The translations under genes and the position numbers were made by a program. This document shows positions 37,649-49,529 of a stretch of DNA of 64,000 nucleotides, in pieces. A model generated the notes under the pieces. The model saw only the letters and a list, made by a program, of their open reading frames with translations, had not been told where the DNA came from and did no database searches. Source of the DNA: Rhizophagus irregularis (taxonomy: Eukaryota). Each line of letters opens with the position of its first letter. The first letter of the stretch is position 1. The stretch covers positions 2,914,001-2,978,000 of the forward strand of contig NC_089434.1 of NCBI RefSeq assembly GCF_026210795.1, written 5' to 3'.

Positions 37649-40600
37649 TGTGCAAACAGTCTTATGACGTTATTTTTATTTATATTTTAACATCGAAAAT
37701 TCAAACGAACAATATTACAAAAATAAGAAAATAAACTAATAAAAATAAAAAGAGTAGCTTCACGATTCATACAAGTAAAGAAATCTAAACTAGAATAAAA
37801 TTAAAGCAAAGAAAAACTAGACTATTACAGAATCGCATACCCCAACTTTACCCGAAGGCCAGTGTGAGTCAACTATCCAACATCCAAAAATCCAGTCCGT
37901 TACCAGAAAGAAATCCTAAGAGGTTGAACTGTTAAGCGGCGCAGAAAATCCAAGTGCGAGATCCATGATCCACCCCGAATTATAGAAGAGGATATCCAAG
38001 AAATCCAGGAATCCTGAGAAACTGTCGCCAAAGAAAAGTCATTTGTATGTGAAGAAGAAACAATAGGAGAAGAATTTATAGATGGGCCACGTAATTTGGA
38101 AGCAGCCGAGACACTAGCAAGCTAGTCGAATTAATCTTTAACCGAAGTTTTATGTGTAAATTCTGGCTGACATAAAATGTTGTAAAATTTTGTAATTCAA
38201 TAGAGTAAATTCATCAATCGCTAAAGCGCTGTATATAAATTTTCGATACAGAATGATAAAATTTGTATTCATAAAGAAAGAGGAAAGGAATAGGAAAGCT
38301 TAAAATAAGCATGAAAGAAATGAAGTGTAAAAGAAGAATAATAAAAGGAAGGTAATTAATTAATAAGAAACTAGCGCAATTAGCGCATTAAAAAAACAGG
38401 ATGAACAAAATCAGCGGGTAATTCCCACGATGTTCGGAAATCAGAAGGAGCAGGGTAAGGATGTGAATCAAACCAAGGTGCACAAACATCCAATAACATT
38501 AAGATATCACAAGGTTTAACACGACCTAGTTTGAAAGAAAACCGGGTATCACTATTCCAAAGATGTGAAAATGTCGAAGATGAAGCCGATTTGGTGATAA
38601 TAGATTGGATGGCATCTCGAAGATACTTCTTCGATACCGAGGAAGTGTTGTGCTTGGAAATTAATAACCAGAGGAAATTGTGAGAAGGTACATAAATGGA
38701 AGCACTATTCGAGAGTATCCTTCAGACCATATCAATAATGGAACGACTAAAGCCAAGAGTTTTGAAATCTTGATAATCAATAGCAAGGCAGTTCAGACCA
38801 ACAAAAGGACCAGAGGTGGGTTTGTCAGTGATAAAATGACTTGCAACTACAGAAGAGGGATTCAAAACCACTTTTTGGATAGAACCCGTAAACTTAGAAG
38901 ACACGAACGCAACAGAAGATTGATGTGAATGTTCTTTCAAACAGAAGGAAACGTCAGGACGTGAGGATACAAGATTACGTATATTCTGGACAATTGAGTA
39001 ATCAGTAGTAGACATAGTCAAATTATAGGAGGTAGGAGGAATGACTATAGCAGGATCCTTAGTGGCCATCCACATAGAAGAGTCAAGAAGATCGGAGTGA
39101 ACAACATGTCGTGAAAATTTGCTCCAGTCTGATAGAAGGTCTTTATGGCGTACTTGACGAGCAAGTTGTTTCTTCGTAGGGTGGGAGATAGATTTGTGAG
39201 CAGAATATGAGATAAGAGTTCGAGCAGAAAGTGAACCACTGTCGTCCTCAAGAACATGATGAAAAGCATAGGATTTGCGGTAGAAAAGTCCTAGGCATCG
39301 GGAAGTTACATCTTTATAAAAACCATCAGCGTGTCTTTTAGACACACGGTTACAAGGTAAAGCAAAAGGAGGAGAAGGAGGAGGGGGAGGTGTATGAACA
39401 AGTTTTTTGTCATGAATATGACAAGCATGACGAAATTGAGACATAACATAGGCAGCAGGAGTCTTGCAAAACGGGCAACCAAAATAAAGGCCAAGGTAAA
39501 AGCAAGATTGACGATATCGAAATTGAATAAAGGTACGAGTACGTCTATTATTACGATGAGAAGATGACCAACGAGCAAGAGAGGTAACACATTGTGTTAA
39601 TAAAAGCTGGCGTAACCTATTAAAATATTTACGTCGAGCACGGGAGGGAATACGGTTCTGGCGGTAAAAGAAAAAGGTTAAAAATTTTGATAAAATAAAT
39701 TTCAAATTAGGAGAGGGACGATCAGATGTAAATTGAAATGGCTCAGTAGTTGAAAGAAGAGGAGAATTGGTATGAATTGAATAACAATTATCCGAATCAG
39801 GAGTGGGGTCCAAAAGGAAATAACAGTTGCCTCGTCGAATAGAATATAAACGGTTAGAGCCAATATTTCGAGCAGGATGTATCCGTCCATCCAGGATGGT
39901 ACATATAGTGAAAGTGTAAGATGAACACTGTACATTATCATGAAGAAGATGGGCTGAAGTAGAAGTTGCCGGTAAAGGTTCCGCAGGTGTACAATTCAAA
40001 GAAAGGACTGGAGAAGGGACGTTAATGTCATAATCAGCAGTATCTTCTGAAACTGAAATTTGGGGAGTAATAAGAGAGGAGTCTAGGAATGTATTTTGAA
40101 AGGGACTTATAGGTTCGGAAGGACGTGATAAAGGTGGAACCAATAAACGTATTGTAGAAGGAGATAAAACCAGACGCGTAAAAGACAATTTAGTCTTAAT
40201 TTTCTGTGCACGTTTAAAAGATGCAGGGGAAATCATAGAGGATACGCGTTTACAAAGAAATTTATAAGTACGCCGTGAAGGGCGTAAACAATTGGTGCGT
40301 CGTGTAGAAGGGGTACATAAATCTAAGATGAGATTAGGATCAGCCTCGTGTTTAGAAGCCCAAATAGCTAATGGAAGAGGAGGTAGATTATCAATCAATG
40401 GATCATCATGTGATGGATGATCGTCAACAGGGGGGATAGCGAAATCCTTTTCTGAATCCGCAGTAGATGAAAGAGAGTCTAAACGCAAGTGTAAAAGGCG
40501 TTTTTATTCAGAAAGAGAGTCGTCTAGAAGGCGGAGGGGGCCAAAAGCGAGGTAAGCACGTGACTTGGCGGAAGAGTTATCAGGAAAAGAGTTGTAACGA

Positions 40601-40813
40601 GCAAAAAGAGTTTCTTGTTTAAGGGCGCACTTAGCGCAAAGGTCCTCAACTTCGCGAAGTTTGAAAAGAACTTCATCCCAACTCAAGGTTGAGAAGTCGT
40701 GAAAAGAGGCCATAGGCCAGAATAAGAATAGAAAAGATAAAAATAAAAGAAAAAGTAATAAAAAACTTTGGAAAAATTTTTTTTTATTTTTATGTAAATA
40801 ATGTCGTGAGGGC
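37649..40813 (-). mobile_element. Chimeric insert 1: RT-less passenger (38112-40813) fused to a LINE-A 3' tail (37649-38111)
   Basis: Target copies at both outer ends and none at the internal junction gccgaga|cactagcaagc. Confidence 0.82.
38380..40713 (-). pseudogene. Passenger ORF, 777 codons, two premature stops; unknown basic protein with CxxC...HxCxxH
   Basis: One frame from ATG 40713 to TAA 38380, broken only at 40504-40506 and 38722-38724; both positions are sense codons in copy 2. Confidence 0.75.
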
Positions 40814-40829
40814 CGTTTTATCCTTTTCC

Positions 40830-41384
40830 TGTGCAAACAGTCTTATGACTTTATTTTTATTTATATTTAACATCGAAAATTCAAACGAACAATATTACAA
40901 AAATAAGAAAATAAACTAATAAAAATAAAAAGAGTAGCTTCACGACTCATACAAGTAAAGAAATCTAAACTAAAATAAAATTAAAGCAAAGAAAAACTAG
41001 ACTATTACAGAATCGCATACCCCAACTTTACCCGAAGGCCAGTGTGAGTCAACTATCCAACATCCAAAAATCCAGTCCGTTACCAGAAAGAAATCCTAAG
41101 AGGTTGAACTGTTAAGCGGCGCAGAAAATCCAAGTGCGAGATCCATGATCCACCCCGAATTATAGAAGAGGATATCCAAGAAATCCAGGAATCCTGAGAA
41201 ACTGTCGCCAAAGAAGAGTTATTTGTATGTGGAGAAGAAACAATAGGAGAAGAATTTATAGATGGGCCACGTAATTTGGAAGCAGCCGAGATACCCTGCG
41301 ACTTTTCCCAAGCATGGAAAAGAACATTCCGACATAGCCAAATTTCACCATATAATTTGACTTGGAAGTCATTAAGAAGAGGAG
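40830..41384 (-). mobile_element. 5'-truncated LINE family A, 3' fragment
   Basis: PPLLNDFQVKLYGEIWLCRNVLFHAWE...LRISFW* plus 3' UTR, between target copies. Confidence 0.88.
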
Positions 41385-41399
41385 GTTTTATCCTTTTCC

Positions 41400-42377
41400 T
41401 TTGCAAGTGTTTACGGCCAGACCACCCATTGCCTCTTATGAGACTAATCTCGGGTCTGTATCCTATCATCTTCAATGGGCAACCATTATACCGAGTACTT
41501 AATTCCTCAGGTAACAGCACCACTATAGAAGACATCCCCCATCGGGCCATTTTAGGCTGATCTGAAGCTGAGACACGCCGCCTACTCATCCTATACCCAT
41601 TGCATGATACTGATACTCAATTTATTTAACGACCTTTAGAGAGCATCTACTTTCATGGAGGACTTTCGACAGGTAACATCAACCATCTAGTACCCTTCCA
41701 TACCACCATTTTAGGTACTAAGTCTCATTCAAAGGCCACTACAGCCCGCGATTACCTAGCACCGATAGTACAGTTGTTTACCCCAAGTGGTATACTTTGT
41801 AGTGACCACTCAGACAGGAAGTAGCAGGCATCTGTCCAGGATCACCCCTTATGGTGGGTATCAACCACCAGGGATCACCAACCAGGACCCAAGGAGTAGG
41901 GAATCGAACCCCTTAGCCATGCTACCTGTTCTGTGCACGAACACCTTGGTTAGTCTAAGACCTAACAGAAGGTCTAACTACCACTAAGACATTGCACCCT
42001 CAGCTTTACCATCTAGGATGACCATCTAGCCATTACTGACCCCAAGCGGTATCGTAGAGTGACCACCTGGACAGGAAGTCCCCCCAAGGTATAGTAGTGA
42101 CCTCGAAGGACAGGACTGCGCACATGCCAATGGCCTCATAGGGAACGTTAGAAGGACACCATGACCCTTAGTTGAAATGTGCGGCCTAACCGTACACACT
42201 AATTCACCATGATGCAGTCCAACTACACTAATCCCTGTACCTTCACGCTATTGGTTGTAGCGTCCGCAGTAAAATTCTTTTTATTTCCGTGGTCATGGGA
42301 ATCGAACCTGCGACCTCACCATACTCAGGCTTAATGAGGGTCTCAGTGACTAACCACCAAGATAGGGTGACCAACCC
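41400..42377 (-). mobile_element. SINE-like subfamily A, copy 4
   Basis: Full-length copy between target copies. Confidence 0.85.
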
Positions 42378-42394
42378 TGGTTTTATCCTTTTCC

Positions 42395-45300
42395 TGTGCA
42401 AACAGTCTTATGACTTTATTTTTATTTATATTTAACATCGAAAATTCAAACGAACAATATTACGAAAATAAGAAAATAAACTAATAAAAATAAAAAGAGT
42501 AGCTTCACGACTCATACAAGTAAAGAAATCTAAACTAAAATAAAATTAAAGCAAAGAAAAACTAGACTATTACAGAATCGCATACCCCAACTTTACCCGA
42601 AGGCCAGTGTGAGTCAACTATCCAACATCCAAAAATCCAGTCCGTTACCAGAAAGAAATCCTAAGAGGTTGAACTGTTAAGCAGCGCAGAAAATCCAAGT
42701 GCGAGATCCAAGATCCACCCCGAATTATAGAAGAGGATATCCAAGAAATCCAGGAATTCTGAGAGACTGACGCCAAAGAAGAGTTGTGTTGAGGTGGAGA
42801 AGTAGTATTAGGAGAAGAATTTGTAGATGGGCCACGTAATTTGGAAGCAGCCGAGATACCCTGCGACTCTTCCCAAGCATGGAAAAGAACATCACTAGCA
42901 AGCTAGTCGAATTAATCTTTAACCGAAGTTTTATGTGTAAATTCTGGCTGACATAAAATGTTGTAAAAATTTGTAATTCAATAAAGTAAATTCATCAATC
43001 GCTAAAGCGCTGTATATAAATTTCTGATACAGAATGATAAAATTTGTATTCATAAAGAGAAGGGAAATAGGAAAGCTTAAAATAAGCATAAAAGAAGTGA
43101 AAAAGGGAAGATGATTAAAAGAAAGTAAAAGAAAGTAATTAATTAAAAGGGAACTAGCGCAATTAGCGCATTAAGAAAGTAGGATGAACAAAATCAGCGG
43201 GTAAAACCCACTGTGATCGAAAATCAGAAGGAGCAGGGTAAGGATGTGAATCAAACCAAGGTGCACAAACATCCAATAATGATAAGATATCACAAGGTTT
43301 AACACGACCTAGTTTGAAAGAAAACCGTGTATCACTGTTCCAAAATTGTGAAAATGTTGAAGAGGAGGCCGATTTGGTGATAACAGATTGGATGGCATCG
43401 CGAAGATACTTCTTTGATACCGAAGAAGTATTGTGCTTGGAAATTAATAACCAGAGGAAATTGTGAGAAGGTACATAAATGGAAGCACTATTCGAGAGAG
43501 TATCCTTCGGACCATATCAATAATGGAACGACTAAAGCCAAGAGTTTTGAAATCTTGATAATCAATAACAGGGCAGTTTGGACAAACAAAAGGACCAGAG
43601 GTGGGTTTGTTAGTAATAAAATGACTTGCAACTACAGAAGAGGGATTCAAAATCACTTTTTGGATAGAACCCGTAAACTTAGAAGAAACGAACGCAACTG
43701 AAGATTGATGTGAACGTTCTTTCAAACAGAAGGAAACATCAGGACGCGAGGATACAAGATTACGTATATTCTGAACAATTGAGTAATCAGTAGTAGACAT
43801 AGTCAAATTATAGGAGGTAGGAGGAATGACTATAGCAGGATCCTTAGTAGCCATCCACATAGAAGAGTCAAGAAGATCGGGGTGAACAACATGTCGTGAA
43901 AATTTACTCCGGTCTGATAAAAGGTCTTTATGGCGTACTTGACGGGCAAGTTGTTTCTTCGTAGGGTGGGAGATGGATTGGTGAGCAGAATATGAGATAA
44001 GAGTTCGTGCAGAAAGTGAACCATTGTCGTCCTCAAGAACATGGTGAAAAGCATAAGATTTGCGGTAGGAAATTCCTAGGCGTCGGGAAGTTACGTCTTT
44101 ATAAAAACCATCAGCATGTCTTTTAGACACACGGTTACAAGGTAAACTGAAAGGAGGGGAAGAAGGAGGGGGAGGAGTGTGAACAAGTTTTTTGTCATGA
44201 ATATGACAAGCATGACGAAACTGAGACATAACATAGGCAGCAGGAGTCTTGCAAAACGGACAACCAAAATAAAGGCCAAGGTAAAAGCAAGATTGATGAT
44301 ATCGAAATTGAATAAAAGTACGAGTACGTCTATTATTACGATGAGAAGATGACCAACGAGCAAGAGAGGTAACACGTTGTGTTAATAAAAGCTGGCGTAA
44401 TCTATTAAAATATTTACGTCGAGCATGAGAGGGAATACGGTTTTGTCGGTAAAAGAAAAAGGTTAAAAATTTTGATAAAATAAATTTTAAGTTAGGAGAA
44501 GGACGATCAGATGTAAATTGAAAGGGATCAGTAGTTGAAAGAAGAGGAGAATTGGTATGAATCGAATAACAATTATTCGAATCAGGAGTGGGGTCCAAAA
44601 GGAAGTAACAGTTGCCTCGTCGAATAGAATATAAACGGTTAGAGCCAACATTTCGAGCAGGACGTATCCGTCCATCCAGGATGGTACGTATTGTGAAAGT
44701 GTAAGATGAACACTGTGTGTGATCATAAGGGAAGGCTGAAACAGAAGTCGCAGGAAAAATTTCCGCAGGAATACTATTTAAAGAAAGGACCGGAGAAGCT
44801 AGAGGAGGAACGATATTGTCATAATCAGCGGTATCTACTAAGGCTGAAATTTGGGGAGTAATAAGAGAGGAATCCAGAAAATTATTTTGAAAAGAATTCT
44901 TAGGCTCGGAAGGACGTGGTAAAGGTGGAACCAATAAACGTATTGTAGAAGGGGATAAAACCAAACGCGCAAAAGACAATTTAGTTTTAATTTTCTGTGC
45001 GCGCTTAAAGGATGCAGGGGAAATCATAGAGGATACGCGTTTACAAAGAAATTTAGGAGTACGCCGTGAAGGGCGTAAACGATTGGTGCATCGTGTAGAA
45101 GGGGTACATAAATCTAAGATGATATTAGGATCAGCCTCGTGTTTAGAAGCCCAAATAGCTAATGGAAGAGGAGGTAGATCATCATTCATTGGATCATCAT
45201 GTGATGGATGATCGTCAACAGGGGGGATAGCGAAATCCTTTTTTGAATCCGCAGTAGACGAAAGAGAGTCCAAGCGCAAGTGTAAAAGGCGTTTTTGTTC

Positions 45301-45609
45301 AGAAAGAGAGTCGTCTAGTAGGCGGAGGGGGCCAAAAGCGAGGTAAGCACGTGACTTGGCGGAAGAGTTGTCAGGAAGAGAGTTGTAACGAGCAAAAAAG
45401 AGTTTCTTGTTTAAGGGCGCACTTAGCGCAAAGGTCCTCAACTTCGCGAAGTTTGAAAGAACTTCATCCCAACTCAAAGTTGAGAAGTCATGAGAAGAGG
45501 CCATAGGCCAGAGGAAGGATAAAAATAAAAGAAAAATTAATAAAAAACTTTGAAAAAAATTATTTTATTTTTATGTAAAAATTGTCGTGAGGGCGAACGG
45601 GAGAGAGAT
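42395..45609 (-). mobile_element. Chimeric insert 2: passenger (42893-45609) fused to a LINE-A 3' tail (42395-42892)
   Basis: Junction gaaaagaacat|cactagcaagc; target copies at the outer ends. Confidence 0.82.
43444..45504 (-). CDS. Passenger ORF copy 2 (686 aa; C-terminus shortened by a 2-bp insertion), unknown function
   Basis: Intronless long ORF closely similar to copy 1. Extra AG at ~43497 (ttcgagagagtatcc versus ttcgagagtatcc) shifts the frame. Confidence 0.7.
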   Translation of the reverse strand: MASSHDFSTLSWDEVLSNFAKLRTFALSAPLNKKLFFARYNSLPDNSSAKSRAYLAFGPLRLLDDSLSEQKRLLHLRLDSLSSTADSKKDFAIPPVDDHPSHDDPMNDDLPPLPLAIWASKHEADPNIILDLCTPSTRCTNRLRPSRRTPKFLCKRVSSMISPASFKRAQKIKTKLSFARLVLSPSTIRLLVPPLPRPSEPKNSFQNNFLDSSLITPQISALVDTADYDNIVPPLASPVLSLNSIPAEIFPATSVSAFPYDHTQCSSYTFTIRTILDGRIRPARNVGSNRLYSIRRGNCYFLLDPTPDSNNCYSIHTNSPLLSTTDPFQFTSDRPSPNLKFILSKFLTFFFYRQNRIPSHARRKYFNRLRQLLLTQRVTSLARWSSSHRNNRRTRTFIQFRYHQSCFYLGLYFGCPFCKTPAAYVMSQFRHACHIHDKKLVHTPPPPSSPPFSLPCNRVSKRHADGFYKDVTSRRLGISYRKSYAFHHVLEDDNGSLSARTLISYSAHQSISHPTKKQLARQVRHKDLLSDRSKFSRHVVHPDLLDSSMWMATKDPAIVIPPTSYNLTMSTTDYSIVQNIRNLVSSRPDVSFCLKERSHQSSVAFVSSKFTGSIQKVILNPSSVVASHFITNKPTSGPFVCPNCPVIDYQDFKTLGFSRSIIDMVRRILSRIVLPFMYLLTISSGY

Positions 45610-45642
45610 TTAGTTTTATCCTTTTTGGTTTTATCCTTTTCC

Positions 45643-46620
45643 TTTGCAAGTGTTTACGGCCAGACCACCCATTGCCTCTTATGAGACTAATCTCGGGTCT
45701 GTGTCCTATCATCTTCAATGGGCAACCATTATACCGAGTACTTAATTCCTCAGGTAACAGCACCACTATAGAAGACATCCCCCATCGGGCCATTTTAGGC
45801 TGATCTGAAGCTAGGTACACGCCGCCTACTCATCCTATACCCATTGCATGATACTGATACTCAATTTATTTAACGACCTTTAGAGAGCATCTACTTTCAT
45901 GGAGGACTTTCGACAGGTAACATCAACCATCTAGTACCCTTCCATACCACCATTTTAGGTACTAAGTCTCACTCAAAGGCCACTACAGCCTGCGATTACC
46001 TAGCACCGATAGTACAGTTGTTTACCCCAAGTGGTATACTTTATAGTGACCACTCAGACAGGAAGTAGCAGGCATCTGTCCAGGATCACCCCTTATGGTG
46101 GGTATCAACCACCAGGGATCACCAACCAGGACCCAAGGAGTAGGGAATCGAACCCCATAGCCATGCTACCTGTTCTGTGCACGAACACCTTGGTTGGTCT
46201 AAGACCTAACAGAAGGTCTAACTACCACTAAGACATTGCACTCTCAGCTTTACCATCTAGGACGACCATCTAGCCATTACTGACCCCAAGCGGTATCGTA
46301 GAGTGACCACCCGGACAGAAAGTCCCCCCAAGGTATAGTAGTGACCTCAAGGACAGGACTGCGCACATGCCAATGGCCTCATAGGAAACGTTAGAAGGAC
46401 ACCATGACCCTTAGTTGAAATGTGCGGCCTAACCGTACACACTAATTCACCATGATGCAGTCCAACTACACTAATCCCTGTACCTTCACGCTATTGGTTG
46501 TAGCGTCCGCAGTAAAATTCTTTTTATTTCCGTGGTCATGGGAATTGAACCTGTGACCTCACCATACTCAGGCTTAATGAGGGTCTCAGTGACTAACCAC
46601 CAAGATAGGGTGACCAACCC
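45643..46620 (-). mobile_element. SINE-like subfamily A, copy 5
   Basis: Full-length copy; host sequence resumes at 46641 after the last target copy. Confidence 0.85.
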
Positions 46621-46782
46621 TTGAGGTTTTATCCTTTTCCGATCACTGGCTGACGAGTTATTCAACAAAATGTTAAACATCAGCATTATAATATTTCTTG
46701 ATTTACGTTTACTGCGCCATTTAACATTTTGCTAGATTTCTCGGTACCTAGTGATTGTAAAAAGACGATTTATAGCTCGTTG

Positions 46783-47130
46783 GAATCGCCACATCGAGAC
46801 GAATCGAATGGTGGTAAGCTCACCTCTCTGTGATCAATATTGACGGAGTTATTACTTAAAAACCATTTAATATTTTTTAATTTCGGAAATTGATCTAGTG
46901 ATTGGATTTCGATGTATCTTATACCATTAGATTCGTCTCATCAAGATGAATCGAATGGTAGTAAGATCGTTTTTCTAGGATCAATATTGGTAGAGTTATT
47001 ACACAAAAACCATTAATATTTTTTTAATTTCGGAAATTAATCTAGTGATTGGATTTCGACGTATTTTATACCATTAGAACCGTCTCATCAAGACGAATCG
47101 AATGGCGGTAAGATCATCTCTCTACGATTA
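46783..47130. repeat. 147-bp-period internal repeat of the host element with an imperfect palindrome
   Basis: gaatcgaatgg at 46801, 46948 and 47095 (also 34998); core taccattagattcgtctcatcaagatgaatcgaatggta. Confidence 0.8.
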
Positions 47131-47408
47131 ATATTGGCGAAGTTACGATACAATAAAGTTTTAAGTATAATTCTGGCTAAAATTATGTTAATTTTTGGCC
47201 GGAATTATGATATACAAATATAAGAAATTTTTTATATAGTCACATCTCTTTATAATCACCAAATATGGAGGATCATCGCAACTCTTTCCTGAATTTTTGA
47301 AAATACTAATAAAATTTATTTTTGAAATTTTCGTTCGAAAATTTCTAAGTGCTCGTTCAAAATACTAATATTTCCACAGTTGCTTTCCTCTTTACTGAGC
47401 TTTATACT

Positions 47409-49529
47409 ATGACTTCACCTCCAGCTCCTTCTGTTATTAACCCGGATATTCCGCCACCACCGCGTCCTGTTACTTCTACTCCCTCTGGAGACCGACCTTT
47501 GTCTCCTACCAATACCGCTGACGCTCCTAATAAACGTACACGTACTGTCTCTGATGACGCGATGAATGTTGATATAACTTCGCCCTCAGCTCCTGCTTCC
47601 ACCTTTACTTCTACTGTTCCTTCTGGTCTTCCTGTCAACAAAGTCCACGTGATTACTTCTCCTCAAAATATTACCACTCCTGTTGAAACTGTTGACGCTT
47701 CTATCCATGCTCCCTCTAACACCAGTGGTAAAGGCAAAGCTGTTGTCTTTGATGTCCCAGAACGACGACCATCTCCCGATGGTAATGCTGCTGCTATCAA
47801 ATCTGCACCCTCTCGTTATCATGCTGCGGCCTATCTACGTGACGCGCCTGACGCGTTCAAAGCTAAATTCACCACCAATCGCTCTATATGTGACGAGGTG
47901 GATTGTTCACTCTCCCGTTATTCCTCTTATGGCGCTCGCGCACGATGTGATGGATTAGGCGATAACAAGAAAATCCTTGTCCTCTTTAATAATCATGATG
48001 ATTATACTGATTGTATCACCTCTCCACATGCCGATCTCCTCGATTTGGCCTTCAGTCATTACTCCCCTGCAGACGCCAAGCTCAGTGACGAGATGAAGTC
48101 CTTATTCGTCACTGATATCCCACTTTTTCTAACTGAGACTCAAGTCCGTCAGGCATTTTCCCGATATGGTACTGTAATCAAGTGCAAACTTACTCCTAGG
48201 AAACATTACTATAATGGACATATCCAGTTTTCCTCCGCGGATGCAGTTACCCAATTTAATGATATTTGGGCGATCATTTGCCTTGGTAATTCTTTACGTG
48301 TCTGCTCGGCATCTTTCTCAAAAACCCAACGCGACAGCCGTAGAGAACATGTCGCCATCCTTGCTGGCATCCCAAAGAATATTAAAGAAGCTGATCTGTT
48401 GGAAATTGCTACTCAAGTTAACGCTAAAGCCCTTAACGTTCCTCTATCTATCAGCTCCTACAAGCCTAAACCCTATGTATATTTGAACTTCTCCTCGTTT
48501 GAATCTCTTGAAGCTGCCAAAGAAATGACCGTGGCTTTCCGCGGCAAAGGTTTAACTTGGCACCCTCCTAATGAAGCTCACACTTTATGTCATATCTGTG
48601 AATGTTCGGGTTGCTCTCCTTCTGTATGTAGCCCTCGCCCTACACGAAAAGTGGACGATCGCCTTAACAAACTTTACTCTCGCTTCAATGCTGGCCCTAG
48701 ACGAGGCCGTCAGGATTCATGACAATCACGTGACAATTCTAATTCCCGTTCAAGATCGCGTTCCAATTCTCGATCTCGCAATAATAATTCCTCTTCATCT
48801 CGCTCTAACAACAGCAATAATAAGTCTAACACTTCTCGTCCCAATACTCCTCGAAGTAGTAACCGGACTAACAATAATAATAATAATCCCAGGAACAATG
48901 GAAATTCTTCCGGACCTACTCAACCTCCGCACAGACCTCATCCTATTATTTCTACGACACCTACTTCTTCCTCTGACAATCCTGCCCCTACGCTTCCTCA
49001 ACATATTATTGATGAACTAAAGGCGCAGATTAAAGAGATCGCTAACACCCTCCATACTCTCGAGGAAACTGTCTCTTGGATGAATGATACTATCACGTCC
49101 CATGAATATAGGCTATCTGAGCTTGAATCAATGATGAATTATGATAACCCTGGTGACTCTGATTTGTATCCGCCTCGTGATGATCATGAAAATCAAAATT
49201 ATTCTTATGATAATGGATGGGATGATGCTCCAACCCATGACACGAATTCTGGTTTCAATCTTCCTCCCCATACTTCCTCTTCTCTTATGGACGTTTCTCC
49301 TGATGCTTCTTTCTCAGCTTTGGATCCTAGCTCCGTCCTATCAAAACGACATGTCCCCTTACCTGTTTCCCGACCTACTAATATCACCCCCGACGCTAAC
49401 ACTTCCCGTTTGCAATCAGAAATTTTTAATGTTACTACTACACAAAAGAATCTTTCTGCCCAACTTGGTTCGATTATGGAAAAATTGGACTCCTTCTCTC
49501 CTTCAAAACCCTCCCCTTCTAATGATTGA
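47409..49529 (+). pseudogene. LINE ORF1 (RRM-like domains, Cys cluster, S/R/N-rich tract, coiled coil), one premature TGA
   Basis: LFVTDIPLFLTETQVRQAFSRYGTVIKCKL..GHIQF; YVYLNFSSFE; CHICECSGCSPSVC. The frame stays open past the stop at 48720-48722. Confidence 0.85.

Noticed and set aside
35028..46620. The 1-kb repeats as LTRs of an LTR retrotransposon
   Set aside because: No TG...CA ends, PBS or gag-pol; copies are independently 5'-truncated and each is bounded by the target.
35015..46640. CRISPR-like array (short repeat with variable spacers)
   Set aside because: The spacers are 0.15-3.2 kb retroelements, the repeat is a duplicated host target, and there are no cas genes.
35883..46686. Short repeated ORFs such as MSRRRVSASDQPKM... 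and MVYFV...
   Set aside because: They lie in the SINE, run across insertion junctions and have frames that differ between copies.
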